Positions 49,739-61,353 of a stretch of 64,000 nt of DNA are shown here, piece after piece. The stretch's first letter is position 1. The number at the start of each line of letters is the position of its first letter. The translations under genes were made by a program, and so were the position numbers. The notes below the pieces were generated by a model that was not told the DNA's origin, did not search any database, and saw nothing but the letters and a program-made list of their open reading frames with translations. Source of the stretch: Podarcis liolepis (Eukaryota); NCBI GenBank assembly GCA_965112155.1, contig OZ218099.1; one strand, 5' to 3'.

Positions 49739-52139
49739 TAGCTACGCTGTGCAGATGGGAGGAAATGTTTTCTCTTCCGTTCCCTGTCGTATCTCTTCAC
49801 CCTCCCTAACAGTCCTGCTGCTTTTCTGGGATATGAAATTCTGGGATATGTAAACACTTGAAGCTGCACTTCAAAGAAAGGTCATGGCGTTTCAGCCAGT
49901 AGATGAGAGAGCCATATGCCAACACCAACGCCGTCTTGGAGAATGCCAGGTTAGCGGTCGCCAAGTTCCTCCGGTGAGCACTGAGCATTGCCAGAGCAGG
50001 AAACTTGTTCTAGGCCCTTCCTGTCCTGCTCATGCTCATGTTTTTATTTACCCTAACCTTGCCTCCTTATCAGATCTCTCTCCCTGCTCTCGCAATCCTC
50101 TTAACTACTCAATAGGAACAAGACAAAACAGAAAACACTGGGGTATAGTGGCTGCTAGAGACTTCCTCTCCTGCTCCACATGCAAGTCATAGTTGGGCAG
50201 CTAGCCAGGCGATGTCACATGGAAAAAGAAGGTCCCCATCACCACCTGCCTTTCTTCCTTACGAGGGTGTGGTATCTGCCTATTGCCTTGCTGTACCACT
50301 TCCCACTGGTGGGCAAAGAGCTGGGTAGAGTCTATTCCTGGCTGTGATATTCAGCTAATTCCTGTCTGCATCTCAATTCCTACAAGGAACTCTGGATGTT
50401 AAATCTGTTGTTTTTGCTGGGTGGCGCAGATTAACTGTGTCCCTGCCACACACAATATGCTGGATGGAATGAAGAGATTCCCTCTGCCCGTTCTAATGCA
50501 CTTACATGATTCCACAGCCTGAGTCCAGCTTTCTGTGCACAAGCTGAAATGAGATAACAGGCTCTTCTGTGATTCTTGCTTTCTTGGGGGTCCTAGTAGT
50601 ACCCCCCCCCCAGAAAGCAAAGGCTAAACTTGTTGGTGTGTGCTTTTATAACCCACTCACCCTTTTTCAACCCTCTTCCCATACAGCATGTTAGAGGCTG
50701 CTGAGCCATTGGGTAACTTTCTCAGAAGTGCTGCATGGAACACAATGTCTCCTTTCAACACTCTGAGGGTTTCATAATTTCTTGGTGAAGAAAAAGTGGC
50801 AATGAAGCCTCAGCAGGGGCCCTCTCAGGTGGCAGGCTCCATGGGGGCAGCAGATCCTGATGTAGGTATTCATTATTCCTTTGTTCCTGGTGTAGATCTT
50901 CACTCACCCCTTCTTCCCTGGTGGGGAGGAGCACCCTTTGGTGGCTTGCCTCAGGTGCCAAATTGTATTGGGCCAGCTGTGGGCCCTCTTATGGCTTCTG
51001 TGCATGAACTAGATTTCCTACATAGAAGTCAGACCTTGCAGGAATCCAGCATCTAGTTCGCTCAGGGACAAACACATATATGTCTGTGAATATGTCTGTG
51101 AATGTTTGCTGCGTGTAAGATGTATATCACAGGAGACATCCATAACTTCTCTTTAGAAAACATCATTTTGTGTAATGCAGCCTCTAGGCTCCAAACAATG
51201 TGACACTTTGCTAGGTCAAGGCAAGATAGTCCTTCAGCCACTGCTGTCTTCAGGTGCCAAGACAGGGTTCCCAGGCAGGTAGCTTTGTTCTGTCATTGCC
51301 CACACAACCACCTTCCATCTGAATCTAAGGAAGTGCTCTGACTGCCTGGTTTGAAGCTGGCCATCGTAGAGTCACTATGGGTGTTGCTGTGCTTTGGCTG
51401 ATAGCAGGCCTACAAGGCTAATTGATTGGAAGAGTCAGCTATGGAAGAGTCGGAGAGGAGGGGAAGGGGAGTTGAGTTTCTTCACAATGGTCCCATCTTG
51501 GGGCCCTTCCATACTGGTGGTGCTTTTTGTGAGCGTATTCAGCAGCATGTCACCACTATAGTAATAGTGGTGGATTTATACTGGACTGCCCACACATCAA
51601 TTCTGCTTTATTAGTTCTGAGATGCTTTCTCAGTGTTACCACATTATTGCCATCTGGGAGGACAAGCAGCACAAACCCCGTCTCACTCACCTCAAAAAGT
51701 TGCAGAATTTCAGCAGAAAGTTACGGTACAGGCACCCATTAGAAATGAAGCCGTATGTCTGCCTTGAAACTTTCGTAGGTGCAAGTGGTATTGAAATTGC
51801 AACCACATCTAACCGGCCCAATAACATCATGACCACAAATCAGGATGACTGTCCCAGGTGTGTGTGGTCGGCACCAGGGTAAACATGGCAGAAATTTTTG
51901 GTACCCCACCCCACAGGTGCTGGAAGGGTGATGTGTGCATGTAAGAATACTTAAGAGGAATCATGACTCCCTGTGCCAGTAAGTTCTATTCACAAAGAGT
52001 CCATCCTCTCTTCCGAACTTTTCCATGCACGTTGAGAGTCTCATACTGCATCAGCAACAGAGGATTTGTGAGTTTCTTATGATCGTGAACTTGTGTCTAG
52101 AGCTACAAAATATAACTTTTTTTTCCATGCAGGAGAGTT

Positions 52140-52630
52140 TTGCTGCGGCGGCTCGTGCGGAACAAATCCTTCTTTGGAAGGCGACCGAGGAGGAGGAGGA
52201 GCAGCAGAAGTAGTTCATAGCGTCCCCTAGTGGCAGAAGCGGGCGGTGCCCGTCCTATAAACTCGCACAGGAGCGGGGAAGGGCGAGGCAAAAGCGAGGC
52301 GAATGAAGTGTACTTCGGACTGAAGTCAGGGCAGCATCGGCGCCGGGCTCTTCCGTGTCGCCGGACGCAACCGAAGGTGAGACTCGGACGCGTCGAAAGC
52401 GCGCAGCCCTGAAGAAGGTGAGTCTCCTGCGCAGCTCCAAGCTCTTAATCCCTCCAACTTCGACGGGACGGGAAGAGGGCGCAGAGCTGGAGAGGGAAGG
52501 GAGCAGCACGAGTCGGGGCAAGGGGAAGGTGTGCAGGCTGAAGACCATCAGGGGCTGCTGGGGAGAAATCTGGGACTACACGTGTCCCCTCCCGACTTGA
52601 GATAAGCGAATCTCGGGAGGACTCCGATGT
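52140..52630 (+). promoter_or_regulatory. PTGER1: CpG-island-like PTGER1 promoter with GC box and TATA box
   Basis: The most CpG-dense non-coding segment in the window. GGGCGG at 52241-52246 and TATAAA at 52256-52261, followed by consensus splice donors. Confidence 0.75.
52286..52417 (+). other. PTGER1: PTGER1 putative non-coding exon 1 (5' end approximate)
   Basis: Begins about 30 nt after the TATA box and ends at AAG|GTGAGT (52417/52418). An alternative donor AAG|GTGAGA lies at 52376/52377. Would splice to the acceptor ccttgcAG| at 57862/57863. Prostanoid receptor genes typically have an intron in the 5' UTR. Confidence 0.65.
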
Positions 52631-54644
52631 GTTGAGAAGGGGCTCTCTTAAGGGGTAGCACTCCCAACATCTCTAAACACAGATTTGCTGCGCTATGCAA
52701 CCACTCTGGTGCACTGACAGCCAGAACGGCTGCAGACAGCACCAGGGTGTGGGGGGGGGTATTATTTCTTCTGTGTGTAAATTTAGACGTAAGGAGTAGG
52801 GAGTAACAAGAATATGGGAGTAACAAGCAGTAGCTGGCAAATTATTTGAGGTAAGGAAAATAGCGTGATCGTGAATAAGGATCTTGCACCAGAGGCAAAT
52901 ACAGCTTGGCTCGCCTACATAAAGTAACTGAGCGCCTGTTATTTCCCGGTAAACACAGCTTAAACTGCTCTGTTATAGTCACACTTAGGATGGGATTTTC
53001 ACCCCTGTTTGGCATGCTTGCTGATGGGGGCTTGGAGTGGGGATCCTAACCCTTGTAGACAGTTGTGAATGCTGGTTGTTAGTATTCAATAATTAATTGA
53101 TTTCGGAGCAAAAGGGTGTGGTGGTGGTCTTACTCTCCTGCGTCTGACAATAGTGCCTTGGGAGGCAGCTGGCTCTGAAGAGGGCCTGTCTAAATGTGGA
53201 AGAGGGCTTCATCCTCCACCATGGAAGGGATGAAAATGAATGGACTATTGGATTCTCTTCTGTGTTCCAAAGCGGAGTGTTTGCATTAGATAAAGGGTAC
53301 CAGGATCCTGGTACCACATATTGACTACACGATCATAGATGATTATTTATATGAGTCTTAGTTGATTGATTAAATTTGCATAAGTTGCATACAGCTAAAA
53401 GCAATATTTCTGAAGCAAGATGCATCCTCAGTTTTCAGATAATGTGCACACTTTGGATGACAGTCATCAATTTAGAAGGGGCACTCCTTTCTCTACCAGC
53501 CTTCTGAAAGAAAAGGTTGAATGCCTCTTTTACAGAGACACTTATCAACTTATATTAGATATCGGGGGATGGAGTCAAACTCAGTCATGTTCAGAATCGA
53601 CCTATTGAAAACAGTGGAACTTTTTAGTTGTGGCTAATATGAGTACCCTTGATTCCAAGGGGTCTGCTCTAAGCATGACTAAATATGGACCCATCAACAT
53701 CCACTATTTGATTAATCCAGGACAGCTTTTTAGTCAATGAAATAGTCTTCTAACGGATTAACCAATTAATCAAACTTTACAGCCCTAATATTTTATGCCC
53801 CACATTAATTAACTATTTCTAATGTAGTAAATAAATAGAACTCATTTTCCCCCTGATAGTGATTGTGCCCCTCAAATGTTTATTGAAAGAATTAATATAT
53901 TACCTCCCTTTTACTAACATTACCCTCCTGTTAATACTACTGGGCAGTTAAAGGATGTTAAGGGAGGGGTAAGCAAAACAATTGCTCATTAAGTGTACCT
54001 CTCTGGATGCTGTTTCTCATTCACAGAGACAAATGGGAGCTATAGTATATTAGAAGTTATGACTCACTCAATCATCCGGTTCTGAATATAGCCCTAGGTT
54101 AGTTGAGCCAGACAACAGGAATAAAACAAAAATAAAGCAGAGTGATTCAGTTATGCTACATATGATTACTACAGAGAGCTCTTGATTTAAACACACACAC
54201 ACCCCTCTGCTGTAAGTGGCAATGATGGCTATAGCTTAATAATAAAACTTACTTCTGGTACTAGTATATTATTTTATACCACTACGCCCCATCCATCATA
54301 AGAAAAGCATGTTTCTCTTTCAGACTGTATGCAAATGTTAGGTACATGTGTTGAACTATTAGTAAATATCTAAAATCCACAGCTGCACAGTACTTTTATT
54401 AGAACCAACTAAAGTATCGCAAAAAGTGAGCAAGCTTCCTAGTTCCCAGTAATTTTTTTCTCAGGCTAGATGTAAATGGTGAGAGGGGAGTCAAAGAGAA
54501 AGCTCTTCTGTTGAAGACTTGAAGTCTGCAGTTGATGTGCAGTCCTACACATACTTACTTACTTATGAGTAAGTTCAACTCAATGCTGTGCTAGGTGATA
54601 AACTCATTTTCAGTTACAGACACACCCCATTTTAAGACTGTTAT

Positions 54645-56810
54645 ATAACATCAGAAGAGCCCTGCTGTATCAGGCCAATCTGGCCCATCATCCTGTTCTC
54701 ACAATGACCAATCAGATGCCTGTGAGAAATCAGCAGACAGCATCTGAGCACAAAACACTCTCCCCTCCTGTGGTTTCCAGCAACTAGTATTCAGATGCAT
54801 AATGCCTCTGACCGTCCTCTGTATCCATGGTACATGAAGGCAGAGCATATCCTCCATTGTGGCTAGTAGCCATTTATAGACTTATCCCCCATTAAATAGT
54901 TTAATGCTCCAAGTTGGTGACCATCACTGCCTCCTGCAGGAATCAGCACTTTCTTTTACCTGTCCCGAATCCTCCAATGTTCAGCTTTATTGAATGTCCA
55001 CGAGTTCTTCTGTTATGAGACAAGGATAAATTATGCACCCATGCCATGCATGCTGTAATGTTATAAAATGTCTATCATGTCACCTCTTACTTGCTTTCCC
55101 CCTAAACTAAGAAATCCCAAATACCACCACCTTTCCTCATAGGGGAGTTTGATTACTCTGGTTGCCTTTCTGTGAACCTTTTCCAACTCTACAATATCCT
55201 TTTTGAGGTGAAGTGATCAGAACTGTACACAGCATTCCAAATGCTGTCGCACCATAGATTTGTATAACGACGTTATGATGTTAGCAGTTTTATTTTCCTT
55301 TTCTATTGATCCCTGACATTTCCCCTTTACTTTCCTATTGATTCCTAACATGGAATACGCCATTTTCACTGCTGCTACACACTGGGTTGACATCTTAATT
55401 GAGCTATATACTTATGAGACCAAGGTGTCATTCCTGGACAGTCACTAATGCTGCAAACCCCATGAACGTATACAAGAAATGAGAGGCACAAATGAGAGGC
55501 ACAAATACAAGATGGGTGACACCTGGCTTGAGAGCAGTACATGTGAAAAGGATCTAGGAGTCTTGGTTGACCACAAACTTGACATGAGCCAACAGTGTGA
55601 CGCGGCAGCTAAAAAAGCCAATGCAATTCTGGGCTGCATCATTAGGAGTATAGCATCTAGATCAAGGGAAGTAATAGTGCCACTGTATTCTGCTCTGGTT
55701 CAGTTCTGGGCACCACAGTTCAAGAAGGACACTGACAAACTGGAACGTGTCCAGAGGAGGGCAACAAAATGGTCAAAGGCCTGGAAACGATGCCTTATGA
55801 GGAACGGCTAAGGGAGCTGGGCATGTTTAGCCTGGAGAAGAGGAGGTTAAGGGGTGATATGATAGCCATGTTCAAATATATAAAAGCATGTCACATAGAG
55901 GAGGGAGAAAGGTTGTTTTCTGCTGCTCCAGAGAAGCGGACACAGAGCAATGGATCCAAACTACAAGAAAGAAGATTCCACCTAAACATTAGGAAGAACT
56001 TCCTGACAGTAAGAGCTGTTCGACAGTGGAATTTGCTGCCAAGGAGTGTGGTGGAGTCTCCTGCTTTGGAGGTCTTTAAGCAGAGGCTTGACAACCATAT
56101 GTCAGGAGTGCTCTGATGGTGTTTCCTGCTTGGCAGGGGGTTGGACTCGATGGCCCTTGTGGTCTCTTCCAACTCTATGATTCTATGATTCTAAGAAATG
56201 AAGGTTTTTTGTCCCACCATTCATACTTTATGCTTGTTTCCACTGAATTGCATCTGCTATTTTACCACCCATTCACTGCATTTGTATAGGTCTTTTGGGA
56301 GGTCTTCATGATCTCTTTTTGTTTTTAATTACTCTGGACAATATAATCAGCCACCTCACTGTTCACCCCTACCTCTAGATCATTCATGACCAGGTTAAAA
56401 ATCACAGGTCCTTGGGGGACTCCACTTTCTACACCCCTCCAGTGGAAGAACTGTCTGTTTATTCCTACTCTCTGCTTTATGCTACTTAACTAATTCCTGT
56501 TCAAGAAGTGGAACTCTCTTCTGATGCCATGACTTCTAAACTTACTCAGGAGTCTTTGATGATAGCTTTTTGAAAGTCCAAACACACTATGTCATCCAGA
56601 TCACCTTTATTTATATGCTTGCTGAAACTCTCGAAGAATTCTAATAGGTTTATGAGACAGGACTTGCCTTTGCAGAAGCCATGCTGGCTCTGCTTCAACA
56701 AGGCTTGTTCTTCTATGTGCTTGGTTACTTTAATAATACTTTCTACCAGTTTTCCCAGGGCAGACATTAAATTAACTGGCCTGCAGTCCCCAGGTTTCCA
56801 CCCCGGATTC
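54645..56810 (-). mobile_element. Older CR1 LINE (RT region to 3' end), interrupted by a younger CR1
   Basis: - strand peptide LGKLVESIIK...LLKQSQHGFCKGKSCLINLLEFFE (CR1 RT) at 56546-56767. 3' end near 54650. Confidence 0.8.
55483..56192 (+). mobile_element. Younger CR1 LINE, 5'-truncated, with TSD
   Basis: ORF2 C-terminal peptides [33 protein letters not shown] and [23 protein letters not shown]. (TTCTATGA)n tail. TSD AAGAAATGA at 55474-55482 and 56193-56201. Confidence 0.93.
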
Positions 56811-57890
56811 CTTATTACAAATTACAGGCTTTTCTGTTTTGTTTTCAGAAAGTTTGAGATCTGATGACCGTTGAGAGAGTAGATCCCAGTTCCCAGGAAC
56901 AGACCCAACTTGTCCACATCATGTTTTGCTTTTTTGTTTAATTTTGTGATGACGTACAATCCAAAAACTTGATAAAGAATGTGTCGCAGGCTTTGTGTTT
57001 GTTATATTAAGCTAAACATGTTTACTTGTAAAATGATAATATAACAAACTAACCAGCATTCCATTTATATTTCTTAGCTGGCAAAAATGTGGTGGGAGAA
57101 ACAGTAACTTTAAATGACAATTCAAAAAATGTTAGTTAAAATGAGACACAGTATTATAATTCTCCCAATTAGTATTCCCCAATTTTCTCTCATGTGTGGG
57201 TCTCCATTCTGTACAATCCCTGATCCAAAACTGCTAGGGGAAGGACCAGCCTAGTGTATTTCTTTACAAAAAGGCCAAGAGTGCTCTAGTTCCTCAGCAC
57301 TGTAGGAGCAGCACCTTGACTTTCAGTTGCTAAAGTCTTTCAAGGTCTCTCCCTCCCTCCCCCAGGCTCCTTCCTTATCACCACCATCACCATTTAATTA
57401 AAGTATCTAAAATGCACATAGTTCTGTCCAGCATTTCCTTGCAAATTTGAGGACATGAAACACAAGGAATGGGAAGGTGGAAAGTCAGGGAAAATCCATC
57501 AGATTATATGGCAAGACGAAAGAGGATTTAAGGAGAATCAGTTTGATAGTCAGAAAAGTAATTACTGAGGGGACAGGATAAAAACCGGCTTCTTCTTGCT
57601 TTGGATTCTGCAGGAGCTGGGAAGGAGCAGCAATTCTCATCTGCTGGATTTGTAGCTCCCAACGGAAGATTCTGGTGGGCAGGAAGTGCACTTTCAACCT
57701 CCTCAGGCATGCTTCTTCCCTCTGCTCCAGAGCAGAAACCAGGGCAAAGGATAATTTTTTAGGGAAATGTGCTGGGTTCCCTAAACAAATGTTTTTAGAG
57801 AGACTTCTTACCTTTTAAGGACCTCCTCAGGTTAGTTTCTGACACCTCTTTTCCCCTTGCAGATGCCTGCACCTGGAGGTAGCCATTGAC

Positions 57891-58718
57891 ATGATGTCCG
57901 GCATCCAGTCTCCCAATGCTTCACAGGCATCACCTGTGAACCACTCCTCATGCTGCACAGAGCCCACAAAGATCCAGAGCTCTGCAAGGGCATCTTCACC
58001 TGCCGCCCCCATTTTCTCTATGACCTTGGGTGCTGTCTCCAATGTGGTGGCTTTGGCTATCCTGGTGCAGTCTTACACCCGCTTCCGGCGCCGCTCCAAG
58101 GCCACCTTTCTGCTGTACGCTAGCAGCCTGGTTATCACCGACCTTGCAGGCCACGTCATTCCAGGCTCCTTCGTGCTACGTCTTTATGCCACACAGAGCA
58201 ATTGGGAAAAGATGGATCCTTCCAAATCCCTCTGCCAGTTCTTTGGAGCCTCAATGGTATTCTTCGGACTGTGCCCGCTCTTCCTGGGCTGCATCATGGC
58301 AGTGGAGCGCTGTGTGGGCATCACTCGTCCTTTGTTGCATGCTTCCTTGGTGACGCCGGGCCGGACTAAACTTTCCTTGCTGGGACTGTGGGGCACTGCC
58401 CTCGCCATTGCCCTGCTGCCTCTCTGCAGCTTCGGGAGCTATGTCGTCCAGGCCCCAGGCACCTGGTGCTTCATCAAGGTGCGAGAGGCAGAAGCTTGGC
58501 CTGACGTGGGCTTTGCCCTGCTCTTCTCCACACTGGGCCTGGCCTCGCTGGTGGCCTCCCTCTTCTGCAACACCTTCAGTGGACTCAACCTGGTGCGGGC
58601 TCGGCTCCGCAGTCAGCGCAAGTGTGGGCACCGGCGGGCCAAAGCCCATGACATTGAGATGGTTGTGCAGCTGGTGGGGATCATGGTGGTTTCCTGCATC
58701 TGCTGGAGCCCCTTACTG
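57891..58718 (+). CDS. PTGER1: Prostaglandin E2 receptor EP1 subtype, first coding exon (N-terminus to TM6)
   Basis: 276 codons containing PIFSMTLGAVSN, TDLAGHVIPG, MAVERC, PGTWCF and AHDIEMVVQLVGIMVVSCICWSP, which are EP1-type motifs. Phase-0 donor CTG|GTGAGT at the conserved TM6 intron position of prostanoid receptors. Confidence 0.96.
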
Positions 58719-59513
58719 GTGAGTGGGGTGGGGTGGGAGGGGAGATTAGTGGAAATCATAGTCCTGCTTTTGCATCCGACTTGTTGTTGTGAGAACAGGA
58801 TGCTGGTCTAGGTGGACCATTGGGTTCTTAAACGCTGGAATGTCTAAGAGGCAGCGGGGAGGGAGGAGTAGCCGCAATAGAATGAAAGCAGGGCATTCAG
58901 TGAAGTCTCCAGCATGGGTGGATAGAATCTTGCGGGGTGTGTGCAGCGCCTTGATGAGGAATGGGATTCAGTTCGCCCAAACTGCATGGCAGTGGCGTGT
59001 TGGACAGGGGGCTTTTCCATCCCTATTTGAAGATAGCAGAGATTGAGCTTGGAACCTTTCACATCTAAAGCTATGGCCCTTCACCAAAGTTCTAATGGCA
59101 CTGATGTAATGTGACTCTGATCCACAGAGGTGCCTTCCTGGGGAAAATTATAACTGGAAGATTTCTGGAGGTCAATACCACCAGGAGGCCAAAGCATCAG
59201 CTAATCAAACTGTTGTGGTTCATGGGCCTCCATGAAGCAGATTTGGTAGGTCCTTTCTTCTCTTAAAGTCCAGGCAGCAAACTAAGCAGCCGTCCCCTTA
59301 ATGAGTCCATGGAGACTGGGAAGCTCTTATCAGGGAACAAATGTAGGCATGTTGAGTGAGGATGGTGCAATGACTATACTGATAGTTTGGTGTGTGCATA
59401 GTTCCTATTTCTCTGTTTCCAATTTTCGTTAGGATCACTGAGAGAGTAAGATAAAAGGCCGCAGCAGAATTACTGTCCTCTTAACTGCTATTCTTGCCTC
59501 TTTCTGTTCCCAG

Positions 59514-59798
59514 GTCTTTGTCATCTTGTCAGTGACCAACTCCCATGGAGACCTTAATTATAAGGAACTGCTATTCCTGGGTGTGCGACTAGCCTCCTGG
59601 AACCAGATCCTAGACCCCTGGGTATATATCCTGCTTCGGCGTGCTGTGCTACGCAAGCTCCTTGCTCTAGTTATTCGGCGCCCTTATTTCAAGGGAGTCC
59701 GCTTTGACCGCTGGGAAGCCAGCTCCTTCCAAAGCTCTGAGCGCAGTATAGGGCTGGCGGGAGCAAGCAGGAGAACCTCTACTCTGAAGACCCCCTAA
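59514..59798 (+). CDS. PTGER1: Prostaglandin E2 receptor EP1 subtype, last coding exon (TM7 and C-tail)
   Basis: ttcccAG|GTC acceptor. Encodes VFVILSVTN...[24 protein letters not shown]...WEASSFQSS...KTP then TAA. Total protein 370 aa. Confidence 0.96.
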   Translation, partial: VFVILSVTNSHGDLNYKELLFLGVRLASWNQILDPWVYILLRRAVLRKLLALVIRRPYFKGVRFDRWEASSFQSSERSIGLAGASRRTSTLKTP

Positions 59799-61347
59799 GG
59801 AGCACGTTTTGCACATTCTCTGTTGTTTGCAGAATTATCTCCCCTGGGATTCATCCAGCATCCAGGGCCCTTGGATGGTAGTGCTGTATGCAAGGAGCGG
59901 ATATGGCATTCTCAGTTTACCCTCTCGGCCAAAAGAGCGATGGGATTCAAGATTGTGGAGAAGAGCATGCTGCTGGGCCCAGTTCCCTACCTAATTGGGA
60001 CTTTACGGTGGACAAGAGGCACTGGATGTTTTTTGGAGATTTGTGAAGGAATTGTGATCATCTTTTCTTGGCGGGGTGTGTGTTTGTGTGTGTGCCCCAC
60101 AGCAGTGTTTACAAAAGTGTCTTGGGTTCAGTTCCTGGCACCACCCGTTCTGCAGGGCTGAAGAACTGTGGCTCAGATCCAGGAGTTTCCAGTACTCAAG
60201 GCTAGATGAACCAATGGTCTGACTCAGTATAAAACAGCTTCATATGTTCTGGTAATTTTGTTGACGACAGGGAGGAAAGCCATGATTAAGTGCGTTCTGA
60301 GTGTACCCAACACTTTCTTGGTACAAGCTATGTGGTATGAATGGAAACCTTGACTTGTTATTAGTGTTCTAGTCCAAAGTGGTGAGTTGTCAGTGCTTCA
60401 GAGCACAATGGCATCCATGAATGCCCCCCCCCCATTCCATATTTCAATGATAACCTCTCAGGGGCATAAAGCTTGCTTGTGGATTCATTACTAGGCAAGG
60501 AGACAACTTCTGCGATGATAAAAATAGAGGGGGAGACCTTTGGCATCCTTTCTTGGATAATTTGGTTTAGGCATTTTATTATCCAGCTGCAGTTGATATA
60601 CAGCATTATGTTTAATCCGCGGTGACCTGGACACTCTGGGCCCACAATGTTCTTTCCACATCCCACTCTAGAGGCTGCTGCAGTTCAGTGCCGTGCAAAG
60701 GAACACATACATAAATCGGCACCCTTCCTCAGAGGCAGCAGCATATCTGTCCAAGAAAAAAATAATCCCTGCATAATGTCCTTTCCTAAAACAGGAGAGC
60801 AGAACTAGGGCACAGGGTAATGATGACTCAGGACAGCATTTAATTTAGATATGAACTTGGTCATTCCAGGGAACCCCTGCATGCAAATGGGGATGCTCAA
60901 TGGGGTGAGAGTGTTGGAAACGTGATAACCAAAAGCTCTTCCACACAGCTTCCCACCCTCAATGGGAAACAAGGAAGCTCCTCCTGGAACTGAGCACTTA
61001 TAAGTGAGCTACTTCCATAGACAGGAAAGAGTTGGCGGAGCACCAGACAGATGGAAGCCTATCTGGCTTACCATGAATTCCAATTAGATGGGAGACTGCC
61101 AAAGGCCCTGCAGTGTAGTCTACTGTACTGGAGAGGTAGGTGGGACTAGCCAACAGACCATAAGTGGGGTGCCTCCAGCTGCTGTTATGCTCTGGACTTA
61201 GGATAATGGTCCTCCGGGGACTTTCAGGGGACAGTGGGAAAATCCTGAGAAGCTTGTTCTGCAGGGATCATGCAGGCAGGGGATCTAGGCTACTGCTTGC
61301 TGGTGCTCTGGCCTGAGAGAGCTGTTGATTGGCGCTGACCATTCTAC

Positions 61348-61353
61348 AATAAA
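61348..61353 (+). terminator. Candidate PTGER1 polyadenylation signal
   Basis: First AATAAA I found on + after the PTGER1 stop, followed by U/GU-rich sequence. A more distal AATAAA lies at 63031-63036. Confidence 0.5.

Noticed and set aside
56830-56900. Strong acceptor-like tract ttttgttttcAG at 56848 as an extra PTGER1 UTR exon
   Set aside because: No convincing downstream donor was found; unsupported without transcripts.
57891-58811. 306-aa ORF as the complete single-exon receptor
   Set aside because: It lacks TM7. A consensus donor at 58718 and the exon at 59514-59798 supply the conserved [14 protein letters not shown].
57891-59798. Identity as TBXA2R or PTGFR
   Set aside because: EP1-type motifs (PIFSMTLGAVSN, AGHVIPG, WEASS) and linkage to GIPC1 favour PTGER1.
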